This document shows, piece by piece, positions 1-13,682 of a stretch of 64,000 bases of DNA. A program made the position numbers and the translations under genes. The DNA is taken from positions 2,730,001 through 2,794,000 of the forward strand of contig CM075997.1 in the NCBI GenBank assembly GCA_038087875.1, in the 5' to 3' direction. This stretch comes from Malacoraja senta (taxonomy: Eukaryota). The notes beneath the pieces were generated by a model, which saw only the letters and a list, made by a program, of their open reading frames with translations, did no database searches and had not been told where the DNA came from. Within the stretch, counting starts at the first letter, position 1. Each line of letters begins with the position of its first letter.

Positions 1-1044
1 CAGAAGCAGGCCCTTCAGCCCATCGAGTCTGCGCCTACGAGCGATCACCCTTTACTCGCCCTGAACAGTATCAAACAAACTAGGGACAATTTACCATTTT
101 ACTGAAGCTAATTAACCTGCAAACCTGCACGTCTTAGAGTGTGGACGGAAACCGAAGATCTCGGAGGAAACACACGCAGGTCATGGGGAGAACGTCCAAA
201 CTCTGTACTGACAGCACCCGTGGTCAGGATGGAACCCGGGTCTCTGGCGCTGTGAGGCAGCAACTCTACCGCTGCGCCAACGTGCCACAGTTGTCTGATT
301 TACATTCCTCCCTATGTTCTCGCGATCGTTGCTGTTCAATTCCGTTCACAAATCGATAGCGAGTCAGTTTTCTGCTGTTTTCTCTTCCAGTTCAGTTTAG
401 TTTATTGTCACGAGTACCGAGGTACGGGGAAAAGCGTTTGTTGCGTGCTAACCAGTCAGCGGAAAGACAACACATGATTACACTCAATGTTCACCGTGTA
501 CACACGCATGTTCTCCGCCGCATGTATTGCTGCCTCCTGCACCCGTGCACAACACGGCAATTGTACTGCTCCTGTCTGCGCGGAGTTTGCACGTTCTCCC
601 CGTGACCGCGTGGGTTTTCTCCGGGTGCTCCGGTTTCCCCCCACTGTAGGTGAATTGGCTTTCTATATATTGTGAAGTGTCTCCAGGACAGTGCGGGTAG
701 GACAGGGCTGGTGTACGGGGAGACCGTGGACTCTGCACTTTCCACACTGCTAAACTAAACTCAAAACTGAACTCTGATGTCCCAGTTTGTTCATCCCTCC
801 TCACTGCCTTGCAGCTGAGCAATAACAACAATGGTCCCAGATGCCCAACGTGCTTCCCTTACCTGGATCCACATTCCTCACGTCAGATTCCAGCATCCGT
901 ACCCTTTCCTTATCACCTCCCAACCCCCGTCCCGACCTCCGCCCCCCCACCCCCCCACATCTCTGCCCCAGAATAGACACAAAATGCTGGAGTAACTCAG
1001 CGGGGACAGGCAGCATCTGTGGAGAGAAGGAATGGGCGACGTAG

Positions 1045-1633
1045 AAACATAGAAACATAGACAATAGGTGCAGGAGGAGGCCATTCGGCCCTTCGAGCCA
1101 GCACCGCCATTCATTGTGATCATGGCTGATCGTCCCCTATCAATAACCCGTGCCTGCCTTCTCCCCATATCCCTTGACTCCACTAGCCCCTAGAGCTCTA
1201 TCTAACTCTCTCTTAAATCCATCCAGTGACTTGGCCCTCCACTGCCCTCTGTGGCAGGGAATTCCACAAATTCACAACTCTCTGGGTGAAAAAGTTTTTT
1301 TCTCACCTCAGTCTTAAATGGCCTCCCCTTTATTCTAAAACTGTGTGGCCCCTGGTTCTGGACTCGCCCAACATTGGGAACATTTTTCCTGCATCTAGCT
1401 TGTCCAGTCCTTTTATAATATTATATGTTTCTATAAGATCCCCCCCTCATCCTTCTAAACTCCAGTGAATACAAGCCTAGTCTTTACAATCTTTCCTCAT
1501 ATGACAGTCCCGCCATCCCAGGGATCAATCTCGTGAACCTACGCTGCACTGCCTCAATCACAAGGATGTCCTTCCTCAAATTAGGAGACCAGAACTGTAC
1601 ACAATACTCCAGATGTGGTCTCACCAGAGCCCT
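1045..1633 (-). mobile_element. CR1/HER1 LINE 3' fragment
   Basis: Reverse complement of the 12999-13682 element. Shorter tails of this family occur throughout the window. Confidence 0.88.
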
Positions 1634-1739
1634 ATTCTTCAGACTCGACCTGACGTTTCAGGTCGAGTCTGAAGAAGGGTCCAGACCCGAAACATCACCC
1701 CTTCCTTCTCTCCAAAGATGCTGCCCGTCCCGCTGAGTT

Positions 1740-1939
1740 NNNNNNNNNNNNNNNNNNNNNNNNNNNNNNNNNNNNNNNNNNNNNNNNNNNNNNNNNNNNN
1801 NNNNNNNNNNNNNNNNNNNNNNNNNNNNNNNNNNNNNNNNNNNNNNNNNNNNNNNNNNNNNNNNNNNNNNNNNNNNNNNNNNNNNNNNNNNNNNNNNNNN
1901 NNNNNNNNNNNNNNNNNNNNNNNNNNNNNNNNNNNNNNN
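1740..1939. other. Assembly gap (200 N)
   Basis: Run of N. Confidence 1.
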
Positions 1940-4810
1940 ACCTGGTGCCTCGCTAGCCGTACCGTTACGGGCAACCATCGTGGCAGGTACGCCCGCGGGG
2001 AGGGGGGTAGGAATAGGAGGGGACAGAGGGGGGGAGACAGAGTGTTAGGGGGGGAGAGAAGAGCGGGGGGAGGGGAAAGGGACATGAGGTGAGTGTGTTT
2101 TAAGGGAGGGTTATGGATGTGGGGGGGGGAGTGGTATGTCATGGGGAGGGGTTGGTGTTGAGTGCTTTAGGAGGGGGGTTGAGGATAGGGAAAGGGGTGT
2201 TTTGGGGGGAGGGGGTTGATGATTGCCGGGGGGGGGCGGTTGAGGATTGTGGGGCGCTTTGGGGAGTGGATAGACAATAGGTGCAGGAGTAGGCCATTCG
2301 CCCCTTCGACCCAGCACCGCCATTCAATGTGATCATGGCTGATCGTCCCCTTGGGGTTTTAGGGGGTGAGTACGGTGGAGTTGTGGGGGGTTTTGGGGAG
2401 GGGGTTATGAGGGGAGGGGATGGGTTTAGGGTTGAGGGGGAGGAGGGGTTGGGGGATTAAGGGGGGGGTTGGAGAGGTGATTGCTTTGGCGAGAGCGGGC
2501 GGGGAGGTGGGGTCTCCAGAGTAGCGAATTCATACATAGATACATAGACAATAGGCGCAGGAGTAGGCCATTCGGCCCTTCGAGCCAGCACCGCCATTCA
2601 ATGTGATCATGGCTGATCATCACCAATCAGTACCCCGTTCCTGCCTTCTCCCCATATCACTTGATTCCTCTAGCTCTAAGCGCTATATAACTCTTTTGAA
2701 TGCATTCCAGTGAATCGGCCTCCCACTGCCTTCTGAGGCAGAGAATTCCATAGATTCACGACTCTGTGTGAAAACATTTTTTCTCATCTCAGTTCTAAAT
2801 GGCCTACCCCTCATTCTTAAACCGTGTGACCCCTGGTTCTGGACCCCCCCCCCCCAACTTCGGGAACATGTTTTCTACATCTAGCGTGTCCAATCCTTAA
2901 TAAGTTTATATGTCATAATTCACTCACCAACTTGGCCCATTGTAATAGATGGTGATGGTGATGAATGTTGCCTGTTACTCCGCGCCGGTAAATCCTCAGG
3001 GGGTAAATGATGTTTGTGGGTGGGGTGGGGTGGGGGGGTGAGAATGGGACATTGGAATATCATCCTCCAAATTGCATTTCAATGAATCACATGAGTCTGG
3101 AGTTAACAAAACCGGGTGATATAATCCGGGGCCGCAGCGTTAGAGTTGCTGCCTCACAGCGCCAGAGACCCGGGTTCGATCCCGACTTCAGGTGCTGTCT
3201 GTACGGAGTTTGTACCGTTCTCCCCGTGACCTGCGTGGGTTTTCTCCGGGTGCTCCGGTTTCCTCCCACACTCCAAAGACGTGCAGTGTTGTAGGTTAAT
3301 TGGCCCGGTATATCCCGAGCGGGTGTAGGATGGTGTTAGTGTTCGGGGATCGCTGGTCGCTGCCGACTCGGCGGGCCGAAGGTTGCATCTCTAAACTAAA
3401 CTAGCCCTTGCGTTAGTCACCATGGTCAGAACTGGTCCCTCGGCCATTCCCACTCCCAGCTGGAGGTGGTTGGGTCTTAACTGCCCCCCCCCCCCCCGTG
3501 CGATAGCCCGGACAGTTTGAGGGGGGGGAGGAGGAATGGGGAATAAACGCTGGCCTTTAGAGGGCAAAGAATCAGAAGGTTTTGTTTTAAATGCGCTTCA
3601 CGTGTAGGAAGGAACCGCAGATGCTGGTTTACACAATGCTGGAGTAACTCAGCGGGACAGGCAGCATCTCTGGAGAGAAAGATTGGGTCGAGACCCTTCT
3701 TCAGCCCTGCATTTAAGTCCCAGTCTGACTCGGGCTGGTTGGTGTATTGGGCGCTAGCCCTGTCTGGGCAATTTAGTCTATTTTAGAGATTCAGCGCGGA
3801 AACAGGCCCCTTCGGCCCACCGAGTCCGCACCGACCAGCGATTCTCCACTATCCTACACACTGGTGGGAGGAAACCGGAACACCCGGAGAAAAACCCACG
3901 CGGGTCAGGGGGAGAAGGTACAAACTCCGTACAGACAGCGCCCGTAGTCGGGATCGAACCCGGGTCTCTGGCGCTGTAAAGCAGCAAATCTACGCTGCGC
4001 CACCGTGCAAAATACTCTGTGAATTTACTTTTATTTTCTTTCACCTCTGGCCTGCGAGCAATGTCCTGGTTTGCACCTTGCAACGGGGAGGTGTGTGGAG
4101 ACTTGGAGGGAGTAAGGATACAAGCAGCAGATAGACACAAACAGCTGGAGTAACTCAGCGGGACAGGCAGCATCTCTGGAGAGAAGGAAAGGCGTTTGGG
4201 GTCGAGATTTTTCTTCAGACTGGAAACACTTTAACCCCCCCTCCCCATTCCCACACTGACCTTCCTGTCCTGGGCCTCCAAGAGTGAGGCCCAGCGCAAA
4301 TTGGAGGAACAGCACCTCGTATTTCGCTTGGGCAGCTTATGAACATTGACATCTCTAACTTCAATTAACCCTTGCTTTCCCTCTCTCTCCATCCCTCCCC
4401 AGTCCCAGTTCTCCGACCAGTCTGACTGCCTTCTTGATTAAATTTTAGGCCTCTTGTCACCTTCCCCTAACTAACATGATCTATTCTACATATTCCTTGA
4501 CCTTTCTCCCCTTTGATCTCTCGTCTTCCACACCTCGCCCTTCCATATCTCCCATTTCCCTCTCCCCTGACTCTCAGTCTGAAGACGCGTCTCGACCGGA
4601 AACGTCACCCATTCCGTCTGTCCAGAGGTGCTGCCTGTCCCGCTGAATTACTCCAGCACTTTGTGTCTTTCTTCGGTTTAATCTGCAGTTCCTTCCGACA
4701 CGTACAACCAGCAGTGTCAGGTTGAGTTCGGGCTTTCAGGAGGTGAAAGTTGAACATCAGACCAGAGAGAATTGGAACAGGCAGCAGAGGGTGTTGATCA
4801 TGAGAGGAAT

Positions 4811-5708
4811 AGGGCCGTTTCACGGCAGTCGGGTCACGACCCATGACCCGTACTGTTGCCACGCTACGCCAACTGGAGTACACGCGATGAACTGCAGGTA
4901 AGCACTCACCATTGATACCAACAAAGCGGGCCCGTTAAAACCCGCCGAAATTGTCAATTTTTGCGCTGTAAATAATTATGGAAATCGGGATAAGCGTGAG
5001 AGACATTTATCCTACTTCAGAATTCCAAAAGTGAGGAAAATGACGGTAGATAGAAGCGAGAGCTGAAGGGACAACAACAGCCAGAGTGCTTGGCCAACAT
5101 TGGCCGTTTGCTCACTGCATTTCATCAACTAAGGCATTATTTGTGTTTTTTCTTGATTCCTTTGGCATCTAAAAAGTTTCAGAAGGATAAATCTGGCTGT
5201 AAAATTTTAAGATGGCCCCTGGTTCTCAAGTGGGGTTTTTACGTACAAAAGGAAAACGCCTTTGAAGCAAAATTTACAGCCAGATTGATCACTTGTGAGA
5301 CTTTTTAGATACCAAAGGAATCAAGAAAAAACACAAATAATGCCTTACTGTTAATGAAATGCAGTGAGCAAACACGATAATTCCCAATATTATCAATTTC
5401 GATATCTGCACGGCCAATGTTCGCCAAGCACTTTAGCTGTTGTTGTCCCTTCAGCTCTCGCTTCTCTTTACCTTCATTCCGCTTCACTATTGGAATTCTG
5501 AAGTTGGGTACATGTCTCTCACACTTACCCCGACTTCCATAATTTTTTACAACGAAAAAACTCTACATGTTGGCGTTTTTTAACAGGTAGGAAAGTACGC
5601 GTTTCGAGTATTAACAACATATACCGGAAGCTGCGATGTCCTCCAGATGATTGAGTGGCTCCGGATGTGTCAAGCCCTATGTCCCAGTGACCTTACGTGC
5701 AACCCCCT
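4811..5708. mobile_element. Non-autonomous DNA element with long internal inverted repeat
   Basis: About 4970-5180 is the reverse complement of about 5300-5545. Imperfect termini agggccgtttcacg / cgtgcaaccccct. Interrupts a CR1-like fragment. Confidence 0.65.
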
Positions 5709-8201
5709 TATAGATTCGGGTAAACACAGTCTTTTTCCCAGTGTAAGGGAATTGAGAACCAGAGGACATAGGTTTAAGGTGAGGGGGTGAAAGATTTAAT
5801 AGGAACCTGAGGGGTAACCTTTTTACACAAAGTGGTTAGACTTATTATTGTCACTTGTACTAAGGTACAGTGAAAACTTTGCTTTGAATGCTATCCAAAC
5901 AGATCAGATAAATGTGTAAGAAAGAACTGCAGATGCTGGTTTAAATCGAAGGTAGACACAAAATGCTGGAGTAACTCAGCAGGTGAGGCAGCATCTCTGG
6001 AGAGAAGGAATGGGCGACAACGCTCATTCTCTCCAGAGATGTTGCCTCACCCGCTGAGTTACTCCAGCATTTTGTGTCTACCTCAGATCAGACATCATGC
6101 ATCGTTACAAGTGCAATAGGCAGAGCAACGTGGATGGTACAGACTGCGGAATACATGTGTAGGAAGGAACTGCAGATGCTGGTTTAAACCAAAGACAGAC
6201 ACAGACTTCAGACCAGTGTGAGGAAGGGTCTCCACCTGAAACGTCACCCATTCCTTCTCTCCAGGGATGCTGCCTGTCCCGCTGAGTTATTCCATCTTTT
6301 TGTGGCTATCCGAGTGTGCAATATAGTTCTCGTCATTGTAGCGCATCAGTTCCATAGACAATAGACGCCTATTTCCTTCTCTCCATAGATGCTGCCTCAC
6401 CCGCTGAGTTTCTCCAGCATTTTTGTCTAGTTCCATAGACAATATTCACTGTCAATAGACAATAGACAATAGGTGCAGGAGTAGGCCGTTCGGCCCTTCG
6501 AGCCAGCACCGCCATTCAATGTGATCATGGCTGATCATCCCAATCAGTACCCCGTTCCTGCCTTCTCCCCATATCCCCTGACTCCGCTATTTTTAAGAGC
6601 CCTATCTAGCTCTCACTTGAAAGCACCCAGAGAACCTGCCTCCACCGCCCTCCGAGGCAGGACTCACCACTCTCTGTCCTCAATGGGGTAGAGGTGAATC
6701 GGACAGTACCCTAGCTTTGGTTTTGGATATTTGCATATCTGTTTCATTGTTTACGCAATGAGTTATTGAAGCAGATTCTGGAGCAAGACTCGAGGAAATG
6801 AGCGTAAGTTGGCATCAGCTTCGGTTCTGGAGTGTGGGAGGGAAAACCCGCGCAGGTCACGGGGAGAGCGTACAAACTCCACACAGACAGCACCCGTGGT
6901 CAGTGTCGAACCCGGGTCCTGGGCACTGTAAGGCAGCAACTCTACCGCTGCGCCACGGTGCCGGTAAATTAGCATCAGTGGAGAGATAAACGGAGTTAAA
7001 AGTTCACGACAAAGACCTCCCATTATTTTGGTGGGAAGTTTTTAACCTGAAGTGACCTTTTAAGGGTGTCAAAGGTTTCGGGGAGAAGGCAGGAGAATAA
7101 GGTTGAAAAGGAAGGCTAGAACAGCCATGAATGGATGGCACTGTAGACTCGATGGGCTGAACGGCTTCATTCTGCTCGTATGTCTTATGGTGTTAACCCT
7201 GTTTGTTACGTTCTCCCTGTGACCGCGTGGGTTTCCTCCGGGTGCTTCGGTTTCCTTCCACATCCTAAAGACGTGCGGGTTTGCAGGTTAATTGACCCTC
7301 TGTAATTCGCCCCCAGTGTGTAGGGAGTGGATGAGAAAGTGGGATAACACGGAACTAGAGTGAATGGGTGATCGATGGCCGGCGTGGGCCGAACGGCCTG
7401 CTTCCATGCTGTATCTCTAAACTAAATTAAAACAAGGATGCTGGAACAAAGTGCTGGAAGAACTCAGTGGGTTGGGCAGCTTCTGTGGTGGGAAATAGAC
7501 AAGCGAAAGTATGGGATAGTATAGAACTGGAGTGAACGGGTGATCGATGGTCAGTGTGGGTCAAAGGGCCTGTTCCTTTGCTATATCTTTCAATAGATCG
7601 TTTAAATCAATCAATGGGCCAGAAGCGTGCGCGCGTGTACGTGTGTGCGCGTGTGCGTGTACGTGTGTGTATACAGATGTATTTCCCCAGTGAGTGTAAA
7701 CACAAGCTGTGTAAACACGCTCGCACTGTCTAATGGAGTCACGCTGATTCTACCTCTCCTGATCCACTCTGTATTCTGCCTGTTGTGGGTCATTTGAGTG
7801 AGCGATGGATTTTGCTTCCTGTGCCAGAAGTGCAGAAGGTTTTTTGTTCGTGAACAGCATAATTGGCACAGAGAAAGCTAACACTTGATAAACGGCCATG
7901 AGTCAAAGGTATTAAATCCATTGAGAGGCCCAACAGATGAATGGGCTTGAGTCGAGGAGCAACAAAGGACCCTCTCTTCTGTCCCTGATCTTGCCCATTT
8001 TTCATCTGAAGGTTGCAGGTTCGAATCTTGCTCCAGAGACTTTTCGGAGTTTTCCCAACGCATGGAAGGAGGTTGTCCACCTCATCCGTTCACCAGAACA
8101 TTCCCGCTGCCGTCTTGCACTCGCCTACGCACCTGGAGCAGTTGATGGTGGCCCATTAACCCCGCAGGACACAACTCCATGGGATGTGGGAGGAAAGTGG
8201 C

Positions 8202-8418
8202 GGGCCTGTCCCACTTGGCCATCATTTGCGCGTCACGCAGATGGCGCGCGAAGATTTTGTACATCCAAAATCCTGGGACGCCGTACGCGACCGCGCTTCA
8301 CTGCCTACGTCACCACGAACCATGCGCGTATCACGTGTGTGTCACGACTCATGCGTCGTGACGCGTAAATGATGTCGCGTAAATTACGTGCAAATTGACG
8401 GTAAGTGCAACAGGCCCT
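8202..8418. mobile_element. Harbinger-type MITE (degenerate)
   Basis: gggcctgtcccactt ... aagtgcaacaggccct termini; CpG-rich interior. Confidence 0.65.
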
Positions 8419-8892
8419 TGAGGCTCTCAAGGATCACGGGGAGAACGTGCAAACTCCACACAGACAGCACCAGAGGTCCGGATTGGACGCGGGTCTCTGG
8501 GGCTATGAGGCAGTGGCTCTACCACTAAGGGGGCCACTGTGCCACCCTTAAATCATAAGTTTATTTTATCCCTCATTCCCTTCCTCCCTGTCCCCTTCCG
8601 CCCATATCCCTCCCTCCAACTTTACAGGTCACTCCTTTCTCTTCTCTCCTTATCTGACACCCTTTTTCTCCTTTTCACCTCTGGCCTAGGTCGCTTCCTT
8701 CCACCCATCTACCAATGGGACCCCCCCCCCCCCCCCCCCCACCCCACTTCACCTGTATCCACCTTTCACCTGCCGTTGATGCAAGCCAATATTGTAACCA
8801 TAACAAATGGATAATGGATATTGTAACAATAATTAAAGGGTGGAGGTCGATTCTCTGGATACTTTCAAGAGAGAGCTAGATAGGGCTCTTAA

Positions 8893-9201
8893 AGCCCCTG
8901 TCCCAGTTTCCCGAGTTACTCACGAATTCTCCTGAGTTTTCCCTTGATTCAAACTTGGGGAATGTCCGTAGCAAGTCCATAGGAGTCCGTAGATATTTCG
9001 TAGTGGCTCGTAATGCCAGCCGTAGGTACTCGGGGCATCAGGTAAGTCGGGACTTTTTTTCAGCATGTTGAAAAAATGTCTACGAGTAAATAAAATAGCC
9101 CCGAGTACCTACGGCTGGCTATTACTGTAATTCTCCGAGTTTGAATCAAGGAGAAAACTCGGGAGAATTTGTGAGTAACTCAGGAAAGTGGGACAGGGGC
9201 T
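8893..9201. mobile_element. PIF/Harbinger-type MITE inserted in a CR1 tail
   Basis: Long TIRs agcccctgtccca.../...tgggacaggggct with TAA on both sides. Removing it restores the CR1 sequence agggctctTAAagatagcgg. Confidence 0.88.
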
Positions 9202-10642
9202 TAAAGATAGCGGAGGTCAGGGGATATGGGGAGAAGGCAAGAACGGGGTACTGATTGGGGATGATCAGCCGTGATCACATTGAATGGTGGTGCTGGCTCG
9301 AAGGGCCGAAAGGCCTACTGTCTACTGTCTACTGGAGTGAAATGGTTCTGAAGATGGGTCCCAACCTGAAGACGTCACCTCTCCATCTCTCTCCAGAGAT
9401 GCTGCCTGATCTGCTAAGTCAAGAGAGTTTATTGTCATGTGTCCCAGATAGGACAATGACAATGAGTTACTCCAGCACTGTCTCTTTTATTTTCTGAATG
9501 GAGATGGGGTGGGGGAGGTGGTGACTGAAGGTGGGAGAAGATGAAGGTCCTTGTTCTCATTCCCCAGCCATGCTACCAACCCAAGCCTAGATACTTTAGG
9601 AAGCAGATGAGGAAGAATTTCTTCAGTCAGAGGGTGGTGTATCGGTGGAAATTCATTGCCACCGATGGCTGTGGAGGCCAAGTCTGTGGATATTTTTAAG
9701 GCGCAGAATGGCAGATTCTTGATTAGTATGGGTGTCGGGGGTTATGGGGAGAAGGCAGGAAAATGGGGTTGAGAGGGAAAGATAGATCGGCCATGATTGA
9801 ATGGCGGAGTAGACTTGATGGGCCGAATGGCCTGATTCTGCTCCGATCACTTATGAACATGAATGCCACTTGACCCACATCCCCCCCCTACACACCACTT
9901 TCCAGCCGCCCCTCTCCCAGCCTTCTGCCCCTCCCCCACCTCTCCACCCACCCCCTCCCCCACCTGTCCACCCCACCCATCCGCCCCTCCCCCACCCATC
10001 CGGCCCTCCCCCACCTGTCTGCCCCTCCCCCACCCCTCCACCTCCAGTATCGAGTCAACTGTTGGCACCAAACTTTTCTTTTTGCCTGAGTGCAGTTTCT
10101 AAACAGCTGCTTCCTCTTGGATCAAATAGAGTCACAAGATTTTGCCTCCCCTCCCCACCCCCCACTGTTCTTTGTCCCTACCCTTGGACGAAGCCCGCGG
10201 CCTCCGCTCAGCTTGTCTCCTGTGGGCTATTCCATGGTTTCCCACGCTAGTTGGAGTTTGGCACGGATACCCTCCCCTGGGACTTCCCCGTTTGTAAACC
10301 TCCCCCGGCCCATATGTTTTTGGTTAAAGACTTTGTTTACTCATCCTCCCAAATCTCTGGCTAGCCCTGCTCCTATTGAAGGGCCCTTTGCCCACTTCAG
10401 GTTCATCCTAACGGAACACATTCCCACCAACTATTCCCCAGGTTGAATGTCACTCCTTCTCCTGAATGTCCACCCTGAAGAGGGTTCCTCGCAGAGTCAC
10501 GGAGAGGTGAGGCGCCAGAGCAGGCCCTTTGGCCCGTCGCCTCCGCGCCCACCCATTGACGCTAAGCCTACATCAATCTTACTTTTTGTACTCGAACCGC
10601 ATTCCTGACAACATCCCCCAGCTGTAATTCACCCTTAAGTTT

Positions 10643-10952
10643 GGGGCGGCACGGTGGTGCAGCAGTAGAGTTGCTGCCATACAGCGCCAGAGACCCGGGT
10701 TCGATCCTGACTACGGGTGCTGCCTGTACGGAGTTTCCACGTTCTCCCCGTGACCACGTGGGTTTTTCTCCGGTTGCTCCGGTTTCTTCCCACACTCCAA
10801 AGACGTGCAGGTTTAGGTTACTTGGCTTGGTATGAATGTGAAATGATCCCCAGTGTGTGTAGGATAGTGTTAATGTTCAGGGGTGGCTGGTCGGTGCGGA
10901 CTCGGGGTGCCAAGGGGCCTTTTTCTGAGCTGCATCTCCAAACTAAACTAAA
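10643..10952 (+). mobile_element. tRNA-derived SINE (HE1/V-SINE-like); representative of many copies
   Basis: A box ggtggtgcagcagtaga, B box gggttcgatcc, conserved core and (ctaaa)n tail. Similar copies near 20-290(-), 3130-3400, 19525-19815(-), 25322-25625(-), 27086-27387, 34435-34731, 35895-36180(-), 47137-47441, 58571-58871, 60300-60920(-), 61565-61952. Confidence 0.88.
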
Positions 10953-12041
10953 GCGATCTGCGTGTGGAGGAAGGAACTGATTTAAAGCAAAGATGGACAC
11001 AAAATGCTGGAGTAACCCCTGTGTGGATTACAAACATGTCTGAGACGCTACATCTTGAAGATGTGAGACTTGTCTTAGCAGGAAAATCAGAGCCGTTTTC
11101 AAAGATATGGATTCCTTTCATTGATTCATTACAAGGATAGTACGGTGCAATGCAACTTCGGAATTAAACCGATTTACGGACTGGGTGATGGGTGGGGTGA
11201 GAAATGTGGCGGGTATATCAACACTTTTTTTTTTTTTTTTTTCCATTTTTGTCTTTTTATTTCTTTAAGTTTTTACTCGCTCTTTCACTCCACTCATTTG
11301 GTAGTTTAGTGGTTCTATTCTTACACACTTTCTGTTTCACTTTCTTTCTTTCTTGCTCTTCCTCTGTTCTATTTCATCTTTGCTCAAATTAAAATGGAAG
11401 CTGTACAATATATGTATTATGTCATATGCTGCGGTTTATAGTTTTGTACCCTGCTTCTAATAAAAATATGAATAGATAAATAAATAAATAAAAATGCTGA
11501 AGTAACTTCATGGGATAGGCAGCATCACTGGAGAGAAGGAATGGATGACGTTTCAGGATGAGATGGGCCTGAAGAAGGGTCTCGCCCGAAACGTCACCCA
11601 TTCCTTCTCTTCAGCATTTTGTGTCTATCTAAGGCGATCTGCACTTGGTTTCCTCTCGTGATTCTCAACAGCAGTGGGAAATCAGGTCACCAACATCTGG
11701 GAAAGTCCCTTCCCTCTTTCAAACCAAAGATGTAATAGAATCATAGTCATACGGATGGAAAGAGGCCGTTTGGCCCAACTTTCTCATGCCGGCCAACATG
11801 CCCCAGCTACACTAGTCCCATCTGCCCACGTTTGGCCCATATCCCTCTAAACCTGTCTTTTCCATGTACCTGTCCAAATGTTTCTTAAACGTTAGACACA
11901 CACAGTTCCGGAGTAACTCAGCAGGTCAGGCTGCATCTCTGGAAAAACATGATGGGTGACGTCTCGGGTCAGGACCCTTCTGCAGACAAAGTGGTTGGGG
12001 GGGGGGAAGGGGTGGAGGTGAAGAGCTGTAAGTGTGAAAAG

Positions 12042-12421
12042 CAAAGATCCTATAGCGGAGCAAGATAGACCACTCCTGCTAAATGCAATGGGCTGACGTG
12101 TAGTACGCAACGGAGCGGAACGTGGGCCTTTTTTTCATCCATTTCCGTAACCCGACCCGACCCGCAGTGTAATCAACGTTGCGGGGGAACAGTTTGTGTT
12201 AATAAATTATAATTCTGAAAATGAGGAGAAGATTCTTACCAAAGAACTTTTATTTTTACCAGGATGTTTCCGTAACCGGCTTCCGTCTCCGCACTAGTAT
12301 CTTTGGTGCGGAGATGGAAGCCAGTTACGGAAATGGGGCCCAAAATTACGCATGAATCTGCCCATGACCGTACTATGTCTTTTTCGTCGAGTTGACCATC
12401 TTGCTCGCTATAGGATCTTTG
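12042..12421. mobile_element. Non-autonomous DNA transposon, 8-bp TSD (hAT or P superfamily)
   Basis: TIR caaagatcctatagcg(g)agcaagat; perfect TSD GTGAAAAG at 12034-12041 and 12422-12429. Confidence 0.88.
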
Positions 12422-12998
12422 GTGAAAAGACCTGGACCAAATGGGGTCAACCACAAATGACCTCAGACAGGGCTTGTTGTTATAGTCCCTGCCTCGACTA
12501 CCTCCTCTGACAGTTCGTTCCGTATTCCCACCACCCTCTGCGTGAGAAAGTTACTCCTCGTGTTCCTATTAAACCTTTCCCCTCTGACCTTCAACCTATG
12601 CCCTCTGGTTCTCGATTCCCCGACTCTGGGTAAAAGACTCTGTGCGTTCACCCTGTCTATTCCACTCATCATTTTATACACTTCTAGAAGATCATCCATC
12701 ATCCTCTTGCCCTCCATGGAATAAACTCCTAGCCTGCCCAACCTCTCTATCGCGTTTCTGTCATCAGAGGGTGGTGAATCTGTGGAGTTCATTGCCACAG
12801 ACGGCTGTGGAGGCCAAGTCATTGCGTACTTTTGAAGTGGAGATTGTTGGGTTCTTGATTAGTAATGGCATCAAGGGTTATGGGGAGAAGGCAGGAGAAT
12901 GGGGTTGAGAGAGAAAGATAGATCAGCCATGATCGAACGGTGGAGTAGACTTGATGGGCCGAATGGCCCAATTCTGCTCCTATGTCTTCAGGTCTTTG

Positions 12999-13682
12999 GT
13001 CTTAAAGTAAGCATGCAGGTACAGCAGGCAGTGAAGAAAGCGAATGGCATGTTGGCCTTTATAACAAAAGCAATCGAATATAGGAGCAAAGAGGTCCTTC
13101 TGCAGTTGTACAGAGCCCTAGTGAGACCACACCTGGAGTATTGTGTGCAGTTTCGGTCCCCTAATTTGAGGAAGGACATTCTTGCTATTGAGGGAGTGCA
13201 GCGTAGGTTTACAAGGTTAATTCCCAGGATAGCGGGACTGTCATATGCTGAGGGAATGGAGCAGCTGGGCTTGTACACTCTGGAGTTTAGAAGGATGAGA
13301 GGGAATCTCATTGAAACATATAAGATTGTTAAGGGCTTGTACACACTAGAGGCAGGAAACATGTTCCCGATGTTGGGGGGGTCCAGAACCAGGGGCCACA
13401 GTTTAAGAATAAGGAGTAAGCCATTTAGAACGGAGACAAGGAAACACTTTTTCTCACAGAGAGTTGTGAGTCTGTGGAATTTTCTGCCTTGGAGGGAGGT
13501 GGAGGCAGGTTCTCTGGATGCTTTCAAGAGAGAGCTAGATAGGGCTCTTAAAAATAGTGGAGTCAGGGGATATGGGGAGAAGGTAGGAACGGGGTACTGA
13601 TTGGGGATGATCAGCCGTGATCACATTGAATGGCGGTGCTGGCTCGAAGGGCCAAATGGCCTACTCCTGCACCTATTGTCTA
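12999..13682 (+). mobile_element. CR1/HER1 LINE 3' fragment (RT C-terminus + 3' UTR)
   Basis: ORF ...KANGMLAFI...[16 protein letters not shown]...RTRGHSLRI...FFSQRVVSLWN is typical of CR1 ORF2; ends in the ctattgt tail. Confidence 0.92.

Noticed and set aside
10447..10506. ATG-initiated MSLLLLNVHPEEGSSQSHGE ending at a phase-0 gtgagg donor, as VEGF exon 1
   Set aside because: Hydrophobic core too short for a signal peptide and no supporting promoter features; cannot be excluded without RNA data.
12899..13600. 233-aa ORF as a host gene
   Set aside because: CR1 ORF2 C-terminal fragment fused to another repeat tail.
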